Positions 49,464 through 59,099 of a stretch of 64,000 nt of DNA are shown here, one piece after another (the stretch's first letter is position 1; each line of letters begins with the position of its first letter). Both the position numbers and the translations under genes were made by a program. Source of the stretch: Candidatus Cloacimonadales bacterium (GTDB taxonomy: Bacteria; Cloacimonadota; Cloacimonadia; Cloacimonadales; JAFGVF01). The DNA is taken from NCBI GenBank assembly GCA_963663475.2, contig CAXXJV010000001.1, positions 1,728,001 to 1,792,000 on the forward strand. Direction: 5' to 3'. The notes beneath the pieces were generated by a model. The model did no database searches. It had not been told where the DNA came from and was given only the letters and a program-made list of their open reading frames with translations.

Positions 49464-50276
49464 ATGATAATAGCTAGAAGACTAATATTTTTAATATTTT
49501 TGCTAGGATTAATTACTGCTTGTACTCCTTACAAGAAATCTATTTATATCCCCAAAGGAGTTTTTGAGGAAGAAATCCTAATTCGTTCTGAACCTACTGA
49601 AGCAATGATTTATGTGAATGGAGAAGAAATTGGTGAGACACCTTTTCGGACATCACTCTTTTATTCTGAAGACAAACTAATCAATATTAAGGCTGTTCCA
49701 ATTTATCCTAATCAGTTCACGCAAAATATTTTTGTCAGAGTTCCTCCTATTCCCAAAACAATGACTATCTATATGAACGAAAAACCTAATTTTGTTTTCG
49801 AGACTGAGGAAGAAAAACCCCAACCTCCAGCTAAAAGACCTCCTGTAGAGATTGTAAAATATGATACTCTTTATGTAGATAGAATTTCCTATTATACAAC
49901 TCCAACTATCTATTTTGAATTTGATAAAACTGACATTAATGTTCAAGATGGTGCAAAACTAAGAAGTCTGGTGCAATTCCTTAAAAAGAACCCAGAAGTC
50001 TATGTTGATATCTTAGGTGCAGCTGATATTAGGGGTGGTGATAAGTATAATATTGAATTATCACTTAACAGAAGTAAAGCTGTGGCAGAATACCTCAACA
50101 AGTATGGAATTCCAATGTCTAGATTATACACTAGAGGAGTTGGTAGAACAACTATTTATGATGAAGTAGGAAGACCTATGTCTCATCAGGAAAGTAGAAC
50201 AGTGATCTTTAATCTTTATGTAAATAGGGCTGATTTTGAAAAGATGAAAGCTGAGTATGAGGAAAATTACAAATAA
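49464..50276 (+). CDS. PEGA + OmpA-C-like lipoprotein
   Basis: ITAC lipobox; SEPTEAMIYVNGEEIGETP (PEGA); IYFEFDK...YNIELSLNRS (OmpA). Confidence 0.85.
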   Translation: MIIARRLIFLIFLLGLITACTPYKKSIYIPKGVFEEEILIRSEPTEAMIYVNGEEIGETPFRTSLFYSEDKLINIKAVPIYPNQFTQNIFVRVPPIPKTMTIYMNEKPNFVFETEEEKPQPPAKRPPVEIVKYDTLYVDRISYYTTPTIYFEFDKTDINVQDGAKLRSLVQFLKKNPEVYVDILGAADIRGGDKYNIELSLNRSKAVAEYLNKYGIPMSRLYTRGVGRTTIYDEVGRPMSHQESRTVIFNLYVNRADFEKMKAEYEENYK

Positions 50277-51871
50277 TGGGTGATAGAAACTTAAATTTAC
50301 GAAAAAGAATGATAGTTAATACCCTATCAAACTATGGTAAATTGCTCATAGGTATGGCAATAACCATATTCTTAACAAGGGTTTTATTCTTAGGTTTAAG
50401 CAGAACTGATTATGGATTCTGGGCTCTTCTCTGGTCAATTTTTGGTTATTCACTCTTGCTTGATTTTGGCTTTGGAGCATCAATCCAGAAATACACTTCT
50501 GAGTCTATTGTTACTAAAGATTGGACAAAGTTTAATAAAATTGTTTCAACTGTCTTCTTTAATTATTCTTTTGTTTCCCTTATTATCATGGCAGTTTCAG
50601 TTATCTTGGCCTACAATGTTCACCACATATTTACCTTTGAAGAAGCAAATATTGAATATTATAAGAAAGCTCTACTTGTCTTTGGTATTGGTTCTTCAAT
50701 AGTTTTTCCTATTGGTTTCTTTACAGAAATTCTCAGAGGAATGCAAGCCCTCCACTTAAGAAATATTGTAGAAATTATTGTGTCTATTCTGAATTTTACA
50801 GGAATGATCTTAATTGTTTATTTCTTTAAAGTAGATAAACCCTTGATTTGGATGGCTATGGTAGCTATTGGTACAAACTTCATCTCAAGCATACTTATGG
50901 GCATAATCTCCCATCGTTTGATACCAGAGTTAAAAATACGCTGGCGTTTTTACGATAGAAAAATGTTAAAGTCTGTAATGGGCTTTTCTATGTATGCTTA
51001 TCTTATCACTTTTACTAATTTAATAATATTTAAAACAGATCAGTTAGTTATCTCAATATTTGGCTCAGTTGCCCTAGTTGCTATTTACCAAATATCTTCA
51101 AGACTTGCAGAGACTTTCAGAACATTTTCTAAGCAATTCTTAGATAACTTAGGTCCTGTCTCAGCCACTCTTTTTGCAGCAGGTAATAAGAGTAAAATGG
51201 CAGAAATTATGATTCAATCAACCCGTCTTATGGGTTTCATATCAACTTTATTCCTGGTCCCTTTATTAGTCTTTGTAAAACCTCTTCTAAAGATCTGGCT
51301 AGAGTTGGAAGAAATAACTGGAGTCATAGTAGCTATAATTCTATTACTATCTATGTATGTTCTTTTATTTTATAGATCAACCTCTGTCTATATGCTTTTA
51401 ATGGCTAACGAACAGAAGAAGCTTACTAAAATAGCCCTTATTGAATGTATAGCAAACTTAGTGCTATCAGTATTTTTAATTCATTACTTAAGACCAATCA
51501 CTGCTTACTTTGGTTATACTCTACCAGTAAATGGAGAAATAATCGGAGTTGCCCTAGGTACTTTTATACCTAATATAATTTTAGCTGTAAGTTTTAATCT
51601 ACCAATAGCAGTGAAATTTTGTGAAACATCATTATGGTCTTTTCTAAAAACATCAATATTAAAAACTAAAATATCTGCAATTGCTTATTTTATTGTTGCT
51701 CTCGCTCTCTATAAACTAATCCCTCCTTCCAATATCTGGATAATATTATTAAATTCAGCTATTGCAGTAATTGTCTATATTTCATTATTCTATATGATAG
51801 GCTTTGAAGGTTGGGAAAAAGAACAACTAAAGGCTTTTATTGCTGGAAAATTAAAACTTAAGAAGTCATAA
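50276..51871 (+). CDS. Wzx-like oligosaccharide flippase
   Basis: About 14 TMs; DYGFWAL, LDFGFG and KTDQLVI motifs. Confidence 0.85.
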   Translation: MGDRNLNLRKRMIVNTLSNYGKLLIGMAITIFLTRVLFLGLSRTDYGFWALLWSIFGYSLLLDFGFGASIQKYTSESIVTKDWTKFNKIVSTVFFNYSFVSLIIMAVSVILAYNVHHIFTFEEANIEYYKKALLVFGIGSSIVFPIGFFTEILRGMQALHLRNIVEIIVSILNFTGMILIVYFFKVDKPLIWMAMVAIGTNFISSILMGIISHRLIPELKIRWRFYDRKMLKSVMGFSMYAYLITFTNLIIFKTDQLVISIFGSVALVAIYQISSRLAETFRTFSKQFLDNLGPVSATLFAAGNKSKMAEIMIQSTRLMGFISTLFLVPLLVFVKPLLKIWLELEEITGVIVAIILLLSMYVLLFYRSTSVYMLLMANEQKKLTKIALIECIANLVLSVFLIHYLRPITAYFGYTLPVNGEIIGVALGTFIPNIILAVSFNLPIAVKFCETSLWSFLKTSILKTKISAIAYFIVALALYKLIPPSNIWIILLNSAIAVIVYISLFYMIGFEGWEKEQLKAFIAGKLKLKKS

Positions 51872-51905
51872 AGCTAATAAAAAAATTAATTTCGAAAGGA
51901 AAACT

Positions 51906-52814
51906 ATGAAAACTATTAAACCAGAAATCTTAGGGGTAATAGCTATCTCAATAGCCGCCATTGCTTGGGGACTTGATGGTATTGCCCTTACCCCAAACCT
52001 ATATAATTTAGATGTTCCATTTGTAGTATTTATGCTACATGCAATTCCCGCTTTGCTCATGAGTCCCTTCTTTGCTTCCTACTGGAAAAGATTCTTTAAT
52101 TATAAATTCAGAGATATATTAAGTCTTTGGACACTTTCTTTTTTCGGAGGTGCATTAGGTACAATCTCAATAGTAAAAGCTCTGTTTTTAGTCCGTTTTG
52201 ACCATCTTTCAGTAATCGTAATTCTCCAAAAACTACAACCATTGTTTGCCATTATGCTAGCTATCTTGTTTCTTAAAGAAAGACCAAACAAGAAGTTTTG
52301 GTTATGGGCTTTACTGGCTATCCTGGGTGGATATTTCTTGACTTTTGAATTTCACCTACCCAACTTCTCAAAACAAGCTAATCTAATCCAAGCATCACTC
52401 TATTCATTATTAGCAGCTTTCTCCTTTGGAGCAGGTACAGTTTTTAGTAAAAAATCCTTGAGCACTTTGAATTTTAAGGAAGTAACTTATTTTCGCTACT
52501 TTTTTACAGCTCTTTTTGTGGGGATATTTGTCTTTGCTACTGGAAGAGAAGATAGTTTTCAAACTGTAACTAAAGTTAATTGGTTCTACTTCTTTTTAAT
52601 TTCTCTTACAGCTGGAGCAGGATCAATTTTCCTCTATAACTATGGATTAAAGCGTGTTAAGGCAATTGTTTCAACTATAGCTGAGTTACTTTTTCCAATA
52701 TCATCAGTGATTTTTGATTACCTAATTAATGGCAATAAACTCTCTTATATCCAAATAGTAAGTGCTGGCCTTATGGTATTTGCTATTATTAAAATATCCA
52801 AAGGAAAAAAATAA
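51906..52814 (+). CDS. DMT/EamA family transporter
   Basis: About 10 TMs; LQPLFAI and LFLKER motifs. Confidence 0.85.
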   Translation: MKTIKPEILGVIAISIAAIAWGLDGIALTPNLYNLDVPFVVFMLHAIPALLMSPFFASYWKRFFNYKFRDILSLWTLSFFGGALGTISIVKALFLVRFDHLSVIVILQKLQPLFAIMLAILFLKERPNKKFWLWALLAILGGYFLTFEFHLPNFSKQANLIQASLYSLLAAFSFGAGTVFSKKSLSTLNFKEVTYFRYFFTALFVGIFVFATGREDSFQTVTKVNWFYFFLISLTAGAGSIFLYNYGLKRVKAIVSTIAELLFPISSVIFDYLINGNKLSYIQIVSAGLMVFAIIKISKGKK

Positions 52815-53081
52815 AGATACTTGTTTTTACTGTAATACAGTGGTCTATGCTCAACATTATTTAGCTTTAACTTTCTTTATAGTCTATTAGGCCTTATTTA
52901 GTTTATCATTAGGCGAGACTATAATAGATAAGTAATAGTGGCTTAGGCAAGACTTAGGAAATGCTAGATAGAGGCAAGGGAATTGAGATGAATGAATAAG
53001 ATTGACGAAATAATAGTGGTCAAATAATTGGTATTGACTATAATTTAGTAATGATATAAATAATAGATTAATGGAGGAAAG

Positions 53082-53312
53082 ATGTTAGATAAGAAAAGAG
53101 TGCAAGAAGTTCTTGATAAAGTGAGACCTTCTTTACAAGCTGATGGTGGCGATTGCGAATTAGTTAATATTCGTGAAGATAACGTAATTGAAGTGAGATT
53201 ACAAGGTGCTTGTGGATCTTGTCCTATGGCAACTTTAACTCTCAAAGCTGGTATCGAAAGAGTTCTTAAAGACGAGATACCTGAAGTTGAAGAAGTTGTT
53301 CAAGTAAGATAA
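53082..53312 (+). CDS. NifU/NfuA-type Fe-S carrier
   Basis: [11 protein letters not shown] and GACGSCP motifs. Confidence 0.92.
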   Translation: MLDKKRVQEVLDKVRPSLQADGGDCELVNIREDNVIEVRLQGACGSCPMATLTLKAGIERVLKDEIPEVEEVVQVR

Positions 53313-53325
53313 ATTTGACATAATT

Positions 53326-53369
53326 AAGATGTTTTATTTTTGTTAATCAAGAGTAAAACATCTTTTTTT
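53326..53369 (+). terminator. Probable intrinsic terminator
   Basis: aagatgtttta...taaaacatctt followed by a T run. Confidence 0.55.
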
Positions 53370-53381
53370 ATAGGAGTATAA

Positions 53382-54155
53382 ATGAGAAATAGAGATTTAA
53401 ATTTAGAGATAATTAGAATCCAGGAATTTATTAGAAAAATTTTACAAGAAAGTGGTCTTTCTAAATTAATCATAGGCTTATCAGGTGGTATAGATTCAGC
53501 TTTATCAGCTGCTTTAGCTGTAGAAGCAATTGGTAGCGAAAACGTAATCGGCCTAATGTTACCTTATAAAGATTCTTCTCAAGCTAGTTTTGCTGATGCT
53601 AAAGAAGTGGCTGACCATCTCAATATCAAATATCATAAAGTTGATATTACCCCTATGGTTGATTCTTATTTCTTAACCTATGATCCAGAGGCAAGCCCAC
53701 TCAGAAAGGGTAATTTAATGGCCAGGATGAGAATGATTGTTCTCTATGATTATTCTGCGAAATATGGGGGATTAGTGGTTGGAACTGGCAATAAATCAGA
53801 ACTTTTAACAGGCTATTGTACCCAGTATGGAGATTCTGCTTGTGCTTTTGAACCTATAGGTCATCTCTATAAGAGTGAGGTATGGGAGATGGCTAGAATG
53901 CTAGGCCTACCTAACAGCGTTATTGACAAGAAACCGACTGCTGACTTATGGTCTGACCAAACAGACGAACAGGAAATGGGTATTACTTACCAAAAATTAG
54001 ACCAAGTATTGTTTTTAAAATATGAGCTAGGCTTAAGTAAAGCAAAGTTAGCTGACTTAGGTATAAGTTCTCAAGAAATTGCAATAACAGATAATCTATA
54101 TAATAAATCAAAATTTAAAAGACAGATGCCACCTATGTTAGAGGAGATAGATTGA
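53382..54155 (+). CDS. nadE: NH3-dependent NAD+ synthetase
   Basis: GLSGGIDS, GNLMARMRM, GTGNKSE and KPTADL motifs. Confidence 0.95.
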   Translation: MRNRDLNLEIIRIQEFIRKILQESGLSKLIIGLSGGIDSALSAALAVEAIGSENVIGLMLPYKDSSQASFADAKEVADHLNIKYHKVDITPMVDSYFLTYDPEASPLRKGNLMARMRMIVLYDYSAKYGGLVVGTGNKSELLTGYCTQYGDSACAFEPIGHLYKSEVWEMARMLGLPNSVIDKKPTADLWSDQTDEQEMGITYQKLDQVLFLKYELGLSKAKLADLGISSQEIAITDNLYNKSKFKRQMPPMLEEID

Positions 54156-55363
54156 GTTTTTTCAGTAAAAATAGATGTAAGATATGTAAAGAAGAAAAAG
54201 CAGTAAGGGAATGCCCAAGAAAAGGTTCTAGTATTGGTTGGTCATGTTGTAATAGTATGAGGTATGATATGAAATGCCCTGCTTCTTGCCAATACTACTT
54301 AGCACCTAGTGACAATCTGCAGTTCAATTTTAAAGCAGATTCACTCCAAGAATCAAATGATTTAGTCTTAAGACTTTTTGATATTTGGTCAATGTCTGTT
54401 CATCCAGAAATTGCAGATAAAGCACCTTTAGAATTAGCTCAAACTGAGGAAGGAAAAGCCAAATTAGAAAACTATTTCTCTAAGATAAAATTCTTAGATA
54501 CACTCCCTATAAATAAAATGAGAAGAAAACTAAAGCTTCCTCCTATCACTTTACCAACAATTAATGATTTTGAAAAAGCTGCAATTAACATAATGGATAT
54601 TTTGGTAGATCAAGATTGGCCAAAATTAGTTGATCAATTTTATCAAGATGACCAGCTAAAATCTCAAAAGAATATTGAGAAATTCATTAAGAGAAATAAA
54701 AAATTCAAGATGTTTAAAAAGATAAAAGACTTCCAGCTTGTTTCCTCTTCTTTAAATAAAGAAGCCAAAGAAGCTCTTATTCATTTTGATGTTAATAAAA
54801 AAGCTGATATTACTATAAACATGATACAGATTAATGAAGAGTGGAAACTTAAAAGTAGAATTATTGGAGATCCTCAGTTATTCTATGGAGAAGATACTGC
54901 TATTAAAAATGTTGCTGCTTTATTAAGTAAAAATGAAATGGAAGATGTCTTTAAATACCTCTACCAGTATAGTTTAATTTATCCAGATTCTGCTGATATT
55001 GAATATTATTGGGGACTATTCTACTCAATCTCAGAGAATATTAAAGAAGCCAGAAAACACTTCCAAATATCTTATATTCTAGATCCTAATTTTGCTGAAC
55101 CCCTCTATAATATAGGCTTCATTTATCAAGTTGAGAAGAAAAACGATAAAGCTAGAGAAATCTATTACAAGGTTTTAGAACTTGATCCTAATGAAGTTAA
55201 AACTATTAATAATCTTGCTATCTTACATATTGAAAAGCAAGAATGGAGACAGGCCTTGGATTATCTAGAAAAGTGTATGAAAATTAATCCAGATTATGAT
55301 ATTGCCCAAAAAAACTATGATATTGTTAAGAGACAATTGAAAGAAGAAGGCAAAGAAATCTAA
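54152..55363 (+). CDS. TPR protein with Cys-rich N-terminal domain
   Basis: CxxC...CP...CC...CPxxC N-terminus; C-terminal TPRs (LDPN, NNLA). Confidence 0.75.
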   Translation: MSFFSKNRCKICKEEKAVRECPRKGSSIGWSCCNSMRYDMKCPASCQYYLAPSDNLQFNFKADSLQESNDLVLRLFDIWSMSVHPEIADKAPLELAQTEEGKAKLENYFSKIKFLDTLPINKMRRKLKLPPITLPTINDFEKAAINIMDILVDQDWPKLVDQFYQDDQLKSQKNIEKFIKRNKKFKMFKKIKDFQLVSSSLNKEAKEALIHFDVNKKADITINMIQINEEWKLKSRIIGDPQLFYGEDTAIKNVAALLSKNEMEDVFKYLYQYSLIYPDSADIEYYWGLFYSISENIKEARKHFQISYILDPNFAEPLYNIGFIYQVEKKNDKAREIYYKVLELDPNEVKTINNLAILHIEKQEWRQALDYLEKCMKINPDYDIAQKNYDIVKRQLKEEGKEI

Positions 55364-56472
55364 TGGATTTAAAATATCTTAAATATGCTATTAAACTAGC
55401 TGAAAAGGCCAGAGGAAAATCTTCTCCTAATCCCTTTGTAGGTTGTGTAATTGTAAATAATGAAAAAATTGTTGGCCAAGGTTTTACACAACCATGGGGA
55501 CAGGACCATGCCGAAGTTCAAGCTTTGAAAGAAGCTAAGAATAATGCCCAGGGGGCTGATCTTTATGTTACCCTTGAGCCATGTTCCCATTATGGTAAAA
55601 CCCCTCCCTGTGCCAAAGCAATTATAGAAGCTGGAGTGGCAAGAGTTTTTATAGGAATAAAAGACCCAAACCCCCAAGTTTCAGGTAAAGGCATTGCAAT
55701 GCTGGAAGCTGCAGGTATTGAAGTTAAATATAATCTCCTTGTAGCTGAAATTAAACAACAATTAGAATATTTCTTAACCTATATTCAAAATGACAGACCT
55801 TTTGTCTTTATTAAAAGTGCTGTTTCAATCGATGGAAAGATAGCAGATGATCATGGTAACTCCAAGTGGATAACTAACGCAAAATCAAGAGAAAGAGTCC
55901 ACCGCTTAAGAGCAGAAGCTGATGCAATTATTACAGGGGTTGCCACAGTTAACCAAGATGATGCAATGCTTAATGTTAGGTTAAAAGATTATAAGGGTAA
56001 AAACCCTATTAGGATAGTCTTAGACTACGATTTAGAAATAAATCTAACTAGCAAACTTCTTGCTAGCGCAAGGGAAATCAAGACAATTATTTATACAAAT
56101 CATCCTAACCTGCTATCAGAAAAAGCACAGTCTTTAAAAAACCATAATATAGAAATTAGAAGTAGTAAGAGTCAAGCTGGGAAATTTATTATCAAAGATA
56201 TTTTAAAAGAACTTAAAGCTGAATATATTTCTGTAGTTATGGTGGAAGCAGGACCTAGACTTGTCTCATCTTTTGTTAAAGAAAATCTGGTAGATAAACT
56301 CTATTACTTTATTGCTCCATGTCTGATCGGAGGTGGAAATTCTGCTTTTAAGGATATTGGGGTTGCCAATATTTCTGCAAAAAAAGAGCTAAACTTATTC
56401 TCTTCTGAAATTATTGATGGAGACATACTTTTGGTTTATTACTTTAATAAGAATAAGCTAGTAGAGCTTTAA
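55363..56472 (+). CDS. ribD: Riboflavin biosynthesis deaminase/reductase
   Basis: PNPFVG, HAE, TLEPCSHYGKTPPC and SKWIT motifs. Confidence 0.95.
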   Translation: MDLKYLKYAIKLAEKARGKSSPNPFVGCVIVNNEKIVGQGFTQPWGQDHAEVQALKEAKNNAQGADLYVTLEPCSHYGKTPPCAKAIIEAGVARVFIGIKDPNPQVSGKGIAMLEAAGIEVKYNLLVAEIKQQLEYFLTYIQNDRPFVFIKSAVSIDGKIADDHGNSKWITNAKSRERVHRLRAEADAIITGVATVNQDDAMLNVRLKDYKGKNPIRIVLDYDLEINLTSKLLASAREIKTIIYTNHPNLLSEKAQSLKNHNIEIRSSKSQAGKFIIKDILKELKAEYISVVMVEAGPRLVSSFVKENLVDKLYYFIAPCLIGGGNSAFKDIGVANISAKKELNLFSSEIIDGDILLVYYFNKNKLVEL

Positions 56473-56610
56473 AACAGCACTATATTCTTCTGCAAAAGTA
56501 AGATCCATAGTTTCTCCGAATATATAAAAAATATGCGTCCAAATTCTGTAAGCTAATATGCTAAAATAATCTGCACTCTTCAATAAAGTTCTACTAGACT
56601 ATCTGGTCTG
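56444..56610 (+). repeat. Family A copy overlapping the 3' ends of ribD and the SpoIID gene
   Basis: Core agcactatattcttctgcaaaagt...ctgcactcttca...ctactagactatctgg matches copy 1. Confidence 0.85.
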
Positions 56611-57858
56611 AAACAAAGACTCTAATTGATCATCTGTTTCTGAATCAAAGAAATAGTCTTCTGTAATATCACATCCTGGATAGTAGTGCTTGATAATCCT
56701 ATCATATTTCCAGCCAGCATAAGATTTTAAATAGCCTCCTGATTGACAGAAACCTACACCATGTCCATAACCCTTGCCTGTTATAATTAGCTTATTTCCC
56801 GAAGTTTCAATGATTGCCAGAGTTGAAGGTATTCTTCCTAATAAAGACCGTATTCTATCTTGAGAAGTTATAGTCTTTTTACCTTGAGATGTAGAAAAAG
56901 TTAGCTTACTTATCCTGCCAGAAGCATCTCTTTTATCAACATTGGCAGAATAAATCCTTCCATATCCTAATTTGTTGCCTATAGATTGTAAGGAGATAGT
57001 CCTTTCCCACTGATAATTCTCTTTAATCCAATTCGGTAGCTTATCATAATATTTATAGACCTTGCTAGGCTTTGTCTTAATCCAATCTTTTACATTACTA
57101 TAATTTGTCATATCTTTACCTTTCAGGTAATCAACATCAGCTTTATCTGTCAGATAAGGATAACCTTTTCCTCCCCAAACGTCTTCAACGTTAGCCAAAA
57201 ATCCCCCTCCATATGAGTTAAATGGAGTAAAGGCTACTTGGTCTTGATATGTAACTAGCATATAAGCGGTAGCATCACAGGCTGATATGACATTCTGAGG
57301 AAGTCTTTTCTTGGTATTAAATACTTGAGAATAAGTATCTGCTCTTAAATCCCAGGGGTAAGAATTATTCTTCATAGATTCATATATTGCATAAGAACGG
57401 GCGATAATTGCTTGTGATTTTAAGGCCTCAGCTGGAGCTCCAGAGCCAATTTCACTCATAACTACATAACGAGTATATGATTCTAAATTCATTAAATTCA
57501 TCACTGCTATTTTTCCCTTGTGATCTCTTATATGTATATCGCCAGAGAAACTTTGCTTACTGTTTCCTGCTAAAGAAAAGTTACTAGTTAGGGAAATCTC
57601 AAACTTATAGGCGAGGTCTGTTAAACTTTTGCCAGCTAAAGAGACTTTTACTTTACCATTTCTTTGCTTAGTAATATCTAGTTTCTTACTTTGATACTCT
57701 TGGCCATTGATGAAAATGAGACCATCTGTTGTTAGACTAATTTGATTATCAAGCTTAACTAAAATCTTTAAATATACTTCATTCTCAACCATCATGTAGG
57801 AGAAGAGGAGGGGAATAGTCATTAACATAGCAATAGAGATTAGTATTCTTTTTAGCAT
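56599..57858 (-). CDS. SpoIID/LytB domain protein (lytic transglycosylase-like)
   Basis: LESY..YVVMSE, EALKSQAIIARSY, SQV and GYGHGVGFCQ motifs; ATG at 57858 likely (track: 57876). Confidence 0.9.
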   Translation of the reverse strand: MLKRILISIAMLMTIPLLFSYMMVENEVYLKILVKLDNQISLTTDGLIFINGQEYQSKKLDITKQRNGKVKVSLAGKSLTDLAYKFEISLTSNFSLAGNSKQSFSGDIHIRDHKGKIAVMNLMNLESYTRYVVMSEIGSGAPAEALKSQAIIARSYAIYESMKNNSYPWDLRADTYSQVFNTKKRLPQNVISACDATAYMLVTYQDQVAFTPFNSYGGGFLANVEDVWGGKGYPYLTDKADVDYLKGKDMTNYSNVKDWIKTKPSKVYKYYDKLPNWIKENYQWERTISLQSIGNKLGYGRIYSANVDKRDASGRISKLTFSTSQGKKTITSQDRIRSLLGRIPSTLAIIETSGNKLIITGKGYGHGVGFCQSGGYLKSYAGWKYDRIIKHYYPGCDITEDYFFDSETDDQLESLFQTR

Positions 57859-57953
57859 AGATGTATCCTTTAACAAGATTATAATTCTTTATAATTAACT
57901 TGTTAAAATATGTCAAGAGATTAACTTACTTATCAAGTAATAATTCTTTTTAG

Positions 57954-57979
57954 AACCAGTGGGTTATTACCCACTGGTT
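57954..57979. terminator. Perfect 11 bp hairpin, possible terminator of the GNAT operon
   Basis: aaccagtgggt-tatt-acccactggtt; U-tract is weak. Confidence 0.5.
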
Positions 57980-57993
57980 GTTATAGTTTTATG

Positions 57994-59091
57994 TTAAAAG
58001 GATTTTTTAATCTCATCCCATTCTTTAAATCGATGAAGGAAAACTAAATCCTTATCATGGAGAATGTGCTTAGCATTAGTGAATCCTAACTCAATTGCTA
58101 GTTTAAGGAATCTGAAAGCATATTCTTTATTTTCTAATAAGGCAAAACCACAAGCAAAATCATAAAGATAATAATTCTTAAAATTACTAGTCTGATAAGA
58201 ATCAAAAAACTTGATAGCTTGTGTAAGAGATTTTTCTTTAAAGAGAAGATTATAAGCTTTAAGAACTAAATTAATAGTTTTGTTATAATCTCCATAGAAG
58301 CTTACGTATTCTCTTTGTCTGCTAAAACCACATTTCTCAGCTGTTTTGAATGAACCAATGTTATCTTTAGGACAATGCCAACCAATACTAGTGTAATTCA
58401 ATTCTAATGCATAGTTTATCATAGCAGTAATTGTCTTACTTGCAAAACCTTGACGTCTAAAATCATTGTCGGTATGGATTCCGATTTCACAATGATTCCC
58501 AGCTTTGCAATCTGAAAGGCTCCAACTAATTATCTTTTCTTGGTTTGATATGATTATTCCAAAGCCATTTTTTTCAAAGTTTGCATAATCTCCCCAATTA
58601 TTTATGACCCAATCTTTGACTTCTTTCATATTTGGAAGATTAAGTTTTGATTCAATCAATGGGGGAGATACTCTTTCAAGTTTAATATCATTAGGCAGTT
58701 TGATAGTTTTAGCTTTAGTGTTCTTTAAGTTGAGTAGATAGTGGTATCTCATCTCTTTACATAGTGGATGGCTACTGAATAAGTCATTTACATACTTTTT
58801 ATTATAATCACTTGTATAGATAGTAAACTCTTGCCTATCTTCAGTGATTCTTGGGGAAAGTAATGAAATATTTATCCAGCTTTTGAAATTAGCAAGATCA
58901 CCGGTTAAGTTACCAGAAATTATGATTCCTTCTGGTGTGAGCATAATTCCATATAAGGGGTTCTTAAGATTATCAAGATATATTTGACCAGGATTGTTTC
59001 CTGCAAGAACAGCCTTTCCACTAAGCTGCCAGGGAACATCTTCAAATAAATTAATTGCTCTAGTATATTCTGTCTTTTTTAACTTGTACAT
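57994..59091 (-). CDS. GNAT acetyltransferase with C-terminal TPR-like end domain
   Basis: EIGIHT..FRRQGFA and NIGSFKTAEKCGF motifs; YDFACGFAL...AIELGF tail. Confidence 0.85.
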   Translation of the reverse strand: MYKLKKTEYTRAINLFEDVPWQLSGKAVLAGNNPGQIYLDNLKNPLYGIMLTPEGIIISGNLTGDLANFKSWINISLLSPRITEDRQEFTIYTSDYNKKYVNDLFSSHPLCKEMRYHYLLNLKNTKAKTIKLPNDIKLERVSPPLIESKLNLPNMKEVKDWVINNWGDYANFEKNGFGIIISNQEKIISWSLSDCKAGNHCEIGIHTDNDFRRQGFASKTITAMINYALELNYTSIGWHCPKDNIGSFKTAEKCGFSRQREYVSFYGDYNKTINLVLKAYNLLFKEKSLTQAIKFFDSYQTSNFKNYYLYDFACGFALLENKEYAFRFLKLAIELGFTNAKHILHDKDLVFLHRFKEWDEIKKSF

Positions 59092-59099
59092 AGTTTCTC

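Noticed and set aside
3754-56610. Family A or B as a CRISPR array or true integron array
   Set aside because: Copies are long and kilobases apart, with no regular spacers, cas genes or integrase; intervening DNA is multi-gene housekeeping operons on both strands
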